A model generated the notes under the pieces. That model was not told the DNA's origin. It did no database searches and worked only from the letters and a program-made list of their open reading frames with translations. Shown piece after piece: positions 10,820 through 20,797 of a DNA stretch of 64,000 nt; position 1 is the first letter of the stretch, and each line of letters opens with the position of its first letter. The stretch is from NCBI GenBank assembly GCA_963737265.1, contig CAVTRY010000021.1:292600-356599 (forward strand). Reading direction: 5' to 3'. Source of the DNA: an uncultured delta proteobacterium (lineage in GTDB: Bacteria; Myxococcota_A; Polyangia; Fen-1088). Position numbers and translations under genes: made by a program.

Positions 10820-11507
10820 CTGGTGGCGCTACACCTTCCTCGTCGCATTCAAAGATCTACGCATCGAGGGCAGAAGCCGCGAGGTGCTTTACACCATGGG
10901 ATTCTCCGCCGCGCTGGTGGTGCTGGTGTTTTCCTTCGCCCTGGCCAACGCCACCGACGCCGCGCAAGGCCCGGTTACCGCCGCCGGGGTGCTGTGGGCC
11001 GCGACCCTTTTCACCGGCACGGTGGCCCTGGCGCGCGTCCTCGATCGCGAACGGGAAAACGAAGCCATCCGTTCGCTGCTCCTTTCCCCCGCCCCACGCT
11101 CGGCCATCTACGCCGGCAAGCTCATCGCCACCTCGCTGCTGATGATCGCCGTCGAGGTTCTGCTCACCGTCCTCGTCGGCGTGTTGTTCTCGACCGGGGT
11201 CTTCACCCATCTTGGCTGGCTCGCGCTCGTCCTCGTGCTGGGCACACTCGGCTTCTCGGCCACCGGCGTGGTCTTTTCCGCCGCGCTACTGCGCTCGCGC
11301 AGCCGCGAGGCCCTGCTCGGCGCCCTGCTTTTCCCCATCGTGATTCCGGTTTTGCTGGCCGCGAGCCGGGCAACGGCCTGCCTTTTCGATCCACTTTCGC
11401 CCGATCTCGAACCCGTCGGCTTCTGGACGCGTTTCCTTTTCGCCACCGACGTCATCTATATTCTGCTGGGCCTATGGGTCTTCGAGCCCGTGGTCATCGG
11501 CGAGTAG
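10809..11507 (+). CDS. ccmB: Heme exporter permease CcmB
   Basis: KDLRIEGRSRE, DRERENEAIRSLLLSP, multiple TM segments; context. Confidence 0.88.
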   Translation: MTASWWRYTFLVAFKDLRIEGRSREVLYTMGFSAALVVLVFSFALANATDAAQGPVTAAGVLWAATLFTGTVALARVLDRERENEAIRSLLLSPAPRSAIYAGKLIATSLLMIAVEVLLTVLVGVLFSTGVFTHLGWLALVLVLGTLGFSATGVVFSAALLRSRSREALLGALLFPIVIPVLLAASRATACLFDPLSPDLEPVGFWTRFLFATDVIYILLGLWVFEPVVIGE

Positions 11508-11544
11508 CCAACGCAAATTCCAACCCGCGCTATCATTGTCAACC

Positions 11545-12249
11545 ATGCCTGCCGAGACACCCCAAACCTCCCACAGCTCGCTCCGCTTTCTTGCCGCCAG
11601 CGCGGTCACGTTCCTGCTGTTCCTCATCGCGTGCAATGCCATCGCCGACGCACCGCGGGAGATCACCATGGGTTTCGTGCAGAAGATCTTCTACTTCCAC
11701 GTACCGTGCGCCTGGCTGCTGATGCTTTCCACCCTGGTGTGCGCGGGGGGAAGTGTCGCGTATCTTTTCGGTGGTTCGGAACGGGGCGACCGCGTCGCCC
11801 TTTCCGCGGCCGAGCTGGGCGTGCTTTTCGGCATGTGCGTGCTGGTCTCCGGCCCGCTGTGGGCCAAGGCGGCGTGGGGCGTGTTTTGGCAGTGGGAAGC
11901 CCGGTTGACGTCGTCGCTGCTTTTGTGGTTGATGCTGCTGGCCTACGTTCTCGCGCGCCGCTATGGCGGCCCGTCGGCGCGGCGCCTGGCCGCGGCCCTG
12001 GCGCTGTTCGCGGCCATCGACACCCCGCTGGTCTATTTCAGCGTGCGCTTTTTCCGCAGCATTCATCCCAGCAACACGGTGGTGTCTACCCTTGGTCCGG
12101 GCATGCGCGGCGCTTTCTGGCTGTCCTTGCTTGCCTTCACCGCCCTGTGGGCGGTGCTGCTGACCGCACGTCTAGCCGTGGAAAGCGCTCAAGCGCGTCT
12201 GGTGGACCTGGAAATCGAGCTCGACCAAGCCGAGGAGAAAAGAACATGA
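11545..12249 (+). CDS. ccmC: Heme exporter CcmC
   Basis: KIFYFHVP, WAKAAWGVFWQWEARLT (WWD-like), SIHP. Confidence 0.9.
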   Translation: MPAETPQTSHSSLRFLAASAVTFLLFLIACNAIADAPREITMGFVQKIFYFHVPCAWLLMLSTLVCAGGSVAYLFGGSERGDRVALSAAELGVLFGMCVLVSGPLWAKAAWGVFWQWEARLTSSLLLWLMLLAYVLARRYGGPSARRLAAALALFAAIDTPLVYFSVRFFRSIHPSNTVVSTLGPGMRGAFWLSLLAFTALWAVLLTARLAVESAQARLVDLEIELDQAEEKRT

Positions 12250-12383
12250 AGATGGTGGCACTTGCCTACGGGTTCATCTGGCTGGCCGTGTTCGGCTATG
12301 TTTTCCTGGTCGGCCGGCGCCTGGGCAGATTGAATGGCGAGCTGGACGAGCTGCGCCGCCGCATCGAGCGGCTAAAGTCGTAG
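12246..12383 (+). CDS. ccmD: CcmD-like small membrane protein (45 aa)
   Basis: ATGA overlap with ccmC; MKMVALAYGFIWLAVFGYVFLVGRR plus charged helix. Confidence 0.75.
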   Translation: MKMVALAYGFIWLAVFGYVFLVGRRLGRLNGELDELRRRIERLKS

Positions 12384-12424
12384 CCCGTAGATGGGTGCAC
12401 TATAACTAGCGCCGTCGTCACACG

Positions 12425-13069
12425 ATGCCGCGTCCCCTAGTTATTTTCGATTTCGACGGAACCATCGCCGATTCGCTGGTGGAATCGCTGGCGGCGTACA
12501 ACCGCGTGGCCCCCCGGCTGCGCCTGCGAGCGGTGCAAGACGGCGAAGTCCCGGCATTGCGCCGGATGGGGGTGGGGCAGCTCATGCACTTGCTCGGGAT
12601 TCCCATGTGGAAACTGCCGCGCTTGATGATCGCCGTGCGCGCCGATTTGCACGAGCACTTCCATTCCGTGGAGCCCATCGCCGGCATTGCCGAGGCGCTG
12701 CGCGCGCTCAGCGCGGCGGGCTGCTGCCTTGCCATGGTGACATCGAATTCCGAAGCGAATGTCCGGCAGTTCTTGGCCCGTCACCGGATTGCCGATTTCC
12801 AAACCATCGCTGCCGGTTCGAGCATCTTCGGCAAGGCGACGCGGCTGCGCCGACTGATCAAGGCTGCGCGCGCGCAGCAGGCCGCGACCTTCTACGTCGG
12901 CGACACCCTGCCCGACATCCACGCCGCGCGCGAAGCGGGCACGTCCGCGATCGCGGTTGCGTGGGGCTTCAACGATCGTGCACTGCTGGCGGCCGAGGCC
13001 CCGGACGCCTTGGTCGAGTCCACCCAGCATCTCGCGGCGGCGATCCATCGCTTGCTTGCGGTCGAGTAA
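12425..13069 (+). CDS. HAD-family hydrolase (phosphoglycolate phosphatase-like)
   Basis: FDFDGTIADS motif I, VTSN, YVGDTLPDI. Confidence 0.88.
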   Translation: MPRPLVIFDFDGTIADSLVESLAAYNRVAPRLRLRAVQDGEVPALRRMGVGQLMHLLGIPMWKLPRLMIAVRADLHEHFHSVEPIAGIAEALRALSAAGCCLAMVTSNSEANVRQFLARHRIADFQTIAAGSSIFGKATRLRRLIKAARAQQAATFYVGDTLPDIHAAREAGTSAIAVAWGFNDRALLAAEAPDALVESTQHLAAAIHRLLAVE

Positions 13070-13169
13070 ATCCTTCTTCCGCACCGCGCGTTTGTTCTGG
13101 GCGCCTCCTCCGCTTTTCCACCGTCGCACAGCCTGGTTTCTGCTAGTTATGATTGCCAGGAGAACCGTC

Positions 13170-14171
13170 ATGCGAAGACTGAGCGCGCTCGTCACAGGCC
13201 TTGTTGTTTGGGTCGTGCTTTCGGCCACCGCGCACGCCAAAGTCGTGGAGTATCTGTCGCAACATCCGGTGCCCCATAAGTTCGGCGGCGGGTTCTGTTA
13301 CATCGACGTGCCGCATGTGCACAACTACGGCCCGGCGGATCCGCGCATGTACCGCGAAAACAACGGGCAGTTTTATTTCGTCGGCGACCCGGCGCCCTTC
13401 GACTACGATGGCCCTCGCTACACCTACTACGGCGGGCATCCCATCCCCGAAGCCGAAAGCCGCCTCGGCCATCCGGCGTATTGCTACATCCAAGGCCCGC
13501 ACTACCACTGGTATCAGCCACCGGCGCAGGCCCAGTTTCAATTGTCCGGCGGCGCCTACTGGTACGTCGGAACCTATCCACCGGCTTACTACGACGAGCG
13601 TCCCCGCTACGCCACGATCAACGAAGCCTACGCGCCCATCCCGTATGCGCGACCCGTGGTCGACGTGCAAGTCGCCCCGGTCGGGTTCCGCGGCGAGATT
13701 TCCGTGGGCGGGCCAGGATGGCGCGCGGGCGCGGTGGTGGGCGGACCTCCCGCTCCGGTCTACCCGCCGCCGCCCCCGGGGCCAGCGGTACAAATCGGCG
13801 TCGGCATCAACCTCGGCGGCGGGCCCTCGGGCGTGGTCGAGCGCCGGGAGATCATCGAACGTCGCGAGATTATCGACGAGCGACATCACCACGATCGTGG
13901 GCGCCACGAGGGCTGGCGCGACGAACCTCGCTTTCGCGAGCGTCCGCGCTACGAACCGCCCAGGCACGAACCGGGGCCGATGCAATTTTCTCACCCCGGC
14001 CGCGGCCCCGCGCGCGAGGCGATCGCACCGTCGCGGCTTGCTCACCCGGGCCACGGTCCCGTGCAAAACGCGATTCATCGATCGGCACCGCAAAATCCGG
14101 GGCCGACCCGCGGTCCCGCACCTGTGCCCGCGCAAAGCCATGACGACCACCACCAGAACCGGCAACGCTAA
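13170..14171 (+). CDS. Secreted hypothetical protein with duplicated His/Cys motif and Pro/His-rich tail
   Basis: RBS AGGAG; signal peptide ending AHA; HPVP...CYIDVPHVH and HPIP...CYIQGPHYH. Confidence 0.7.
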   Translation: MRRLSALVTGLVVWVVLSATAHAKVVEYLSQHPVPHKFGGGFCYIDVPHVHNYGPADPRMYRENNGQFYFVGDPAPFDYDGPRYTYYGGHPIPEAESRLGHPAYCYIQGPHYHWYQPPAQAQFQLSGGAYWYVGTYPPAYYDERPRYATINEAYAPIPYARPVVDVQVAPVGFRGEISVGGPGWRAGAVVGGPPAPVYPPPPPGPAVQIGVGINLGGGPSGVVERREIIERREIIDERHHHDRGRHEGWRDEPRFRERPRYEPPRHEPGPMQFSHPGRGPAREAIAPSRLAHPGHGPVQNAIHRSAPQNPGPTRGPAPVPAQSHDDHHQNRQR

Positions 14172-14186
14172 CCAGAGGCTCAGGTC

Positions 14187-14639
14187 ATGAAGCTTTCTTG
14201 CTCGATTCTCGCAACGATTTTGACCGCCCTTCCGGCATGCCACAAGAACAAGGCCGCTGGCGAAGCACCCGCCGCAGTCGCCACTTCGCATGTTCGGGGC
14301 ACCCCGCACACCGATGAAGTTCTAGACGCCTGGCGCGGCGCCGGACTGGCGCCGGAGGGATTCGTCGCCGAGCAGCCCGCTCCCTACAGCGCGGCGTACT
14401 GCGAGCACGGCAAGGTTCATGGCGTCGACACGCTGGTGTGCGAATACGCCAGCGACGATGCCCTGGCTCGCGGCACGCAACAGGTGAAGGACGAATGGGT
14501 GCGCACCGATGCGCACACCGGCGTCATCATGCATGCGAAACGTACCACGATGGTCACGGTGGATCGCGAGCGCCGCGAACCGAGCGGCAAGACGATCAGC
14601 CAAATGGCGAAGGTGTTCGGCAAACTTCCGGCGCTATGA
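14187..14639 (+). CDS. Hypothetical lipoprotein
   Basis: Lipobox-like LPAC after hydrophobic N-terminus. Confidence 0.7.
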   Translation: MKLSCSILATILTALPACHKNKAAGEAPAAVATSHVRGTPHTDEVLDAWRGAGLAPEGFVAEQPAPYSAAYCEHGKVHGVDTLVCEYASDDALARGTQQVKDEWVRTDAHTGVIMHAKRTTMVTVDRERREPSGKTISQMAKVFGKLPAL

Positions 14640-15310
14640 CTGCGTTCGTCCTGCTCCTCGCCAGCTTGCTTTCTGCGGAGACCGCCGCCGCCCCCAAGGT
14701 CGAGCTGTGGGCGGGTCACGAAGTTCTGAGCGGCAAACGCAAGATTCCCATTTACGGCGAAAAAGAAACCCATACCGAGAACTACGTCCTCGCCGAGGTC
14801 CAGCGCACCCCGTCCGGCATCGACATCCGGCAAAAGACCTGCCTTATCGACGTTCGCCCGCTCAAGGGCGTGACCCCGGTGATGAAACCAGAAACCGTCT
14901 CGCACTTTCCTAGGGCGCACATCGTGCTCGAAAAGAAGGAAGACGGCACCCTCCGCGCAGCCCCGTGGACGACAAGTTGGGGCGCCGAGGACATCGACGG
15001 CGACGGATTTCCGGGCGCCACCGTGCAAATCACGGGCACGAGCTGCTCCGGCGATCTCTATGTTGCCAGTCAATCGGTGACGTCGCTCCTCGCCGGACAC
15101 CTGACCGAAGATGGTGCCGCTGGTGAAATATCGGTGCACCTCAAGCAGAAGATTCTCGGCGCGCGCGGTTTCTGTCTCAAGCTGATGGCAGGCGACAGCG
15201 ACGACACCCAGACGGGATCGTTCGCCTACCGTCGCGTGGAACCCGGAACCACTTGCAAATCGCTCGCGGCCGCTGCCTGGCCGGTGCACGCCAAGCCAGC
15301 CGCCAAATAA
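14636..15310 (+). CDS. Secreted hypothetical protein
   Basis: ATGA overlap; signal peptide MTAFVLLLASLLSA; DIDGDGFPG possible Ca-binding motif. Confidence 0.7.
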   Translation: MTAFVLLLASLLSAETAAAPKVELWAGHEVLSGKRKIPIYGEKETHTENYVLAEVQRTPSGIDIRQKTCLIDVRPLKGVTPVMKPETVSHFPRAHIVLEKKEDGTLRAAPWTTSWGAEDIDGDGFPGATVQITGTSCSGDLYVASQSVTSLLAGHLTEDGAAGEISVHLKQKILGARGFCLKLMAGDSDDTQTGSFAYRRVEPGTTCKSLAAAAWPVHAKPAAK

Positions 15311-15465
15311 AAAGGGACCGGCCGCTTTCAGCCGATCCACCTCCGCTCCGGCGCCAAGAGAAAAGCCAACCAACATTCCGAGAAGATGGTTCGGCTTTCG
15401 ATCTGGCAGCTCGATGGTGTCCCGACAACCCGCTTCCGTGCCGACATGGAAGAGCACGCGCAGCT

Positions 15466-16704
15466 TTAGGGGCTGGACGGATACACGATTTGAATGCCGT
15501 TGATCGGAGCACGCACGGTCTGATAGAGCGACGATCCCGGCGTTGCCTTCAAGGTGAAGCTGGTTCCGGTCACGCTCTTGAACACCACATAGTTTCCCGC
15601 GCCGGCTTCAGGCGCCAGTGTATAGCCTGAGAAACTCGTGACCAGTGGTGGTTCCGTCTGAGTCACGGTATGGGTCGTCGAGCCGATCGTGTATTGGTAC
15701 GTCCGCGTATCTGCCCAGGTCATGTCCCCGAAGCAATAGACATAGACGTCGTAGCCACTGCTCATCGGGCTGGCCAAACCGGTCACGCTGACCGTCGCTG
15801 GCGAGGCAGTCGCCCTGGGATCGAGGTAGCCATTCATCATGCGCACGTCGCCCGGGGCATCGGCGAAGGACAGTGTCCAAGTGGCCCAGGTTTCGTTGGC
15901 CGCCACGGGCGAGTTCCAGACAGCGGACGCGGACGTGGCGGTGCCGTCTGCCAATTTCAGCGATGCCAGCGTGCCTGCATTGCCTTCGGCGCTGTTCCAG
16001 TTCGCGGCCGGCCTGTACCCGGCGGTTTCGGTGGCGGCCATCGCGACCGTCCCGGTGGTTCCAGAATCGACAGGCGGCGTCCCGCCCACGAAGTCAATGC
16101 TGATGATCATGGGCGCAATCGCAGCGTCCGCCACAATGCCGCCCGTTCCACCATTGCCGCCCGCTCCACCTGTCCCGGCACCGCCAGAACCACCGGTCCC
16201 CAGATCCGGCGACCGACTGATATCGGCCGCAGCGTCCATCCCGCCATCCCGAGACAAAGCCGAGTCGGCCGATGTTCCCGCGTCCACCGCAAAAGTCCCC
16301 CCCGTGCCGCCCATCGCCTGGTCCCTGGGCAGATTGCTGTCGGCAAATGGCGGAATGTCGACGCCACCATCTCCAGCCGATCCGGCCCCGGCCTCCGCGT
16401 CCAGCGCCCCACCCATCGCGGTTCCGCCGGTTCCTCCCATCGACGTCAAACCGCCCATCCCACCCATCGCTATCCCGCCCGTCGTCGCACCAGCCGTTGC
16501 AACGCTGCCTCCCGCAGCGCCCTGTCCGCCGGCCGGATCCTCTCCCGTTCCGCCCCCTGCTGCAGCCGCCGAAACTGCCCCAGCGCTCGCGTCACCGGCA
16601 CTGATCATCCCCTGCCATGGTGGCGTGAGGTTAACGCAGGCTGCGAACAGAAGCGACGCGGCAACAATCGACGAGACTCCTAAAAATGGGCGAGGCAAGT
16701 CCAT
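15466..16704 (-). CDS. Hypothetical lipoprotein with Gly-rich linker and C-terminal beta domain
   Basis: Lipobox FAAC; GG-rich low-complexity linker; ISIDFVG...PINGIQIV domain. Confidence 0.7.
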   Translation of the reverse strand: MDLPRPFLGVSSIVAASLLFAACVNLTPPWQGMISAGDASAGAVSAAAAGGGTGEDPAGGQGAAGGSVATAGATTGGIAMGGMGGLTSMGGTGGTAMGGALDAEAGAGSAGDGGVDIPPFADSNLPRDQAMGGTGGTFAVDAGTSADSALSRDGGMDAAADISRSPDLGTGGSGGAGTGGAGGNGGTGGIVADAAIAPMIISIDFVGGTPPVDSGTTGTVAMAATETAGYRPAANWNSAEGNAGTLASLKLADGTATSASAVWNSPVAANETWATWTLSFADAPGDVRMMNGYLDPRATASPATVSVTGLASPMSSGYDVYVYCFGDMTWADTRTYQYTIGSTTHTVTQTEPPLVTSFSGYTLAPEAGAGNYVVFKSVTGTSFTLKATPGSSLYQTVRAPINGIQIVYPSSP

Positions 16705-16855
16705 CTTGGTATAGATGTGCCCGGGCGCCGAAAACCCTCTATCGAACCTTTGGACACCTCCCTTTGGACACTTCGCCGGTTGTCTTGAGGTCTTGCCTTC
16801 CCTCTATGCGTCAACAGCCCTGGCGTGGATCCTCCTCCGTTCCGGTATCCCGCAA

Positions 16856-18164
<1,309 letters not shown>

Positions 18165-18292
18165 TTACTCCTGCCCGGCCAGCGCGGCAGCGAGAAAACC
18201 GGCAAAAGCGCATTACCTTCGCACCATGAGAATGTCCTCGAAGATTGCGACGGTTCCATTTCAGTTGGTGCCGACACCCCTCGCGAGCATCG

Positions 18293-20543
18293 TCAATTGT
18301 CGAGCGAGGCGAGCTTGCACTCCTCGTCGAGCGAGAAGCCGAGGTCACGCAAGAGCTTGGTCGCCTCCTTGCGGCCTTCCTCCGTCACCACAAAACAGCC
18401 GGGCGCGAGCGCGCCCTTGAGGAAGGGCCGCAGCCGTTCGCTTCGCCGCAGAGCCTCGAATGCCTTGGGGTCGCCTACCTGCAGCAGCACCACACCGTCG
18501 AGAAATGCTTTGCCGCGCCCGCCCGCCCAGTTCCTGATCGCGGTCGCAAGGACCGGCGCAACATCGTGGCTCATGTGCGCCGTTAGCCAGCCGAAAATTT
18601 GATCCGACGAGACACCCAGTTCCTTTGCGGCCCGCACGGACTCGGCGGTGATCCGCCACTTTCCGTCAAGCGGTTCGGCAAAGCGCCGCAGGCGGGCCAT
18701 GCCGACGAGCGATACCATCTTGCCGAACGACACCGTCCCATGCTCATCGACCTTCCAGTCTTTATTCATGGCCTCGGATTCGACGGCGATTCCAATGTCC
18801 TTGGCCGTTTTGCCAGCGGCCCGGGACGACGCGACGACAAAGGACTTGCCCACGGGGCGACCGCGTATGGAGCTCTGTCCGTCAGGTAGTCCGGCAGCCA
18901 GAGCCACGGAGGTACGAACCACGACTGCCTCGCGCTTGCGCGACCACTCGGCGAGAGAATGCGCAATGTTGGCCGGGACGCCGTTGCGGCTCCTCGATGA
19001 AAGGAAGGACTCGATCTCCGCCAGGGCCATCCCTGCCTCGAGAGCCGCGTAGACGGAATCGCGGGCGAGCTTGAAGATCTGCACGACTCCGGTGGCCGAC
19101 TCGCGCGCGGCGATGCGACCCAACGTAGTCACAGCCCGACCATCGGCGGCGTCGAGGTACAGCAGGATCTCATGGTTCGCTTGGACGGTGAGGCAGCGCA
19201 CGTCGCCAGCGGCCTTCTCCGTCCGCACTTCGGGGGCGCCAAAGACTGCTTTGCCCACCTCGGTCAGGCGGAAGCACCAGCGCTCAGAGCGGACGCCCCC
19301 ACTTCGACCACGCTCGACAACGCCCAGATGGGCCATGGTGGAAAGCAGCGCGTTGGCGGCCCAGATGCCCTCGTCGTCCATCCAATAGGCGCGCGAGCGT
19401 TCGAAGCCGCTTGGCAGCTTGTCCTTGCCCGTAGGAGTGGCGAGGCGCGGCTGCCACGCATACCCGTGCCAATAGAACGACAGTCCGTCCTCTCCGGTGA
19501 CCTTGTAGAGGTCGAGGAGGAAGGTCTCCAGGTCGAGCCAGTCCATCTGGCTGTGCGCGATTCGCGCAAGCGCCCACACCAGGAGATCCCGAGCCTTGCG
19601 CATGGAGCTCAGGTCGATGCGGGTAGATACGTCTCGATTGTCGCGTTCCGGCACCGCCCCGATCCCGTCCTGCCAAGTCCGCAGCGTTAGCCAGGCGCGC
19701 ACGTACCTGGACGCCTGCTCCTCGTGGGAGAGATTCGCCAGCGCCTCGACTTGCTCTGGGATGAGCCAACCCTCTGCATCGTTAGTTTCGGCCACTCCCA
19801 TGGCACACAGCAGCGTGTAGTCGAGCACGACTCGATCGGGCGGCTCGAGAGGATCTCCGGACTGCGGCGGAAGGAGCTTGGCCAGCCTGTTTCGGACCGC
19901 CGCAGGCAGAGCGCCGCCCCGATTCACCTTCCAGCCGTCTTGGGCCCGGAGCGCTCGCGCGGTCTGCTCGAGGTCAATCAGGACCTGGGCGGGAGCACGA
20001 TGGGCCGTGGATTCGGGGGCCTTGTCGAGCGGCGCCGACGCCTTCCAGTTCGAGCGCCGCGGCCGGCTCGATGTGTGATGCCAGGCGGCCGGGCAACGAC
20101 ACACTCGAGTACCCCCGCGAGGATTCGAACGACCATCGGTCTTGGTAGCCGCCGATGAGGACGAGGTTCTGGCATAGGTCGTCCACCAGATCCGCTTCCC
20201 GGCGGTAGTAGTGCAGATCGCCCTTCGCTTCCTTCACGAGGCCTCTGGCGAGAAGCTCTTGCCGCAGAAGCGCACCCGAAATGGACCCTCCGTAGCGCCG
20301 GACAACCGTCAGAACTGCCCGCTGCTCGGGCCGGAGCGCCGCCACGACCTGGGCGACACGCTTGGGGTCGCGCCAGGCCGACTTGAGCCGTTCGATGCAT
20401 AGGGCTTTGGCCTGGGAGCCGGTCCACTTGCCTGCCCAGAAGCGCGCGGCTTTTTGCGCCGCGGTCGAGTGGAGATCGTCGAGGTTCGGCTCGACCGAAT
20501 CGAGGCTCGCAGCCAGAACGAAGGGGAGAGTTGATTTGGTCAC
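18293..20543 (-). CDS. XPB helicase-associated protein (~750 aa) with two Helicase_C_3/clutch-like domains and a C-terminal small alpha/beta domain; +1 frameshift near 20049
   Basis: GTG 20543 overlaps upstream stop; LTVQANHEI...FKLARDSVYAALEAG...GVPANIAHSLAEW and WRITAESVRAAKELG...VAPVLATAIRNW resemble the XPB N-terminal domain. Confidence 0.8.
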
Positions 20544-20797
20544 GGCTCGACCCCCTTCGCCGTTCGTGGGGTGTGCCCTGCCGCCCTGAGCGCCTTGACG
20601 AGCTCTTCCTCTGCGCCGGGGTCGATGAGCGCGACCGTGTCGGAGAGCCGAGCGAGCAGGTGCCTGCCGATCTTGGGGTCGCGGCTGATCTCGACGAGCT
20701 GTGCCAGATCCTGGACCTCGAGGAGCGCGGCATGGGCGAGAACCGCGGGCTGGTCGGGCTCGAGCGGCGGTAGAATTCGATCGAGAGGGTGCTTCAT
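20540..20797 (-). CDS. 85-aa small protein, possible p8/Tfb5-like fold
   Basis: Overlaps both neighbours by 4 bp; AALLEVQD...IGRHLLARLSDTVALID...LVKALRAAGHTP. Confidence 0.7.
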   Translation of the reverse strand: MKHPLDRILPPLEPDQPAVLAHAALLEVQDLAQLVEISRDPKIGRHLLARLSDTVALIDPGAEEELVKALRAAGHTPRTAKGVEP

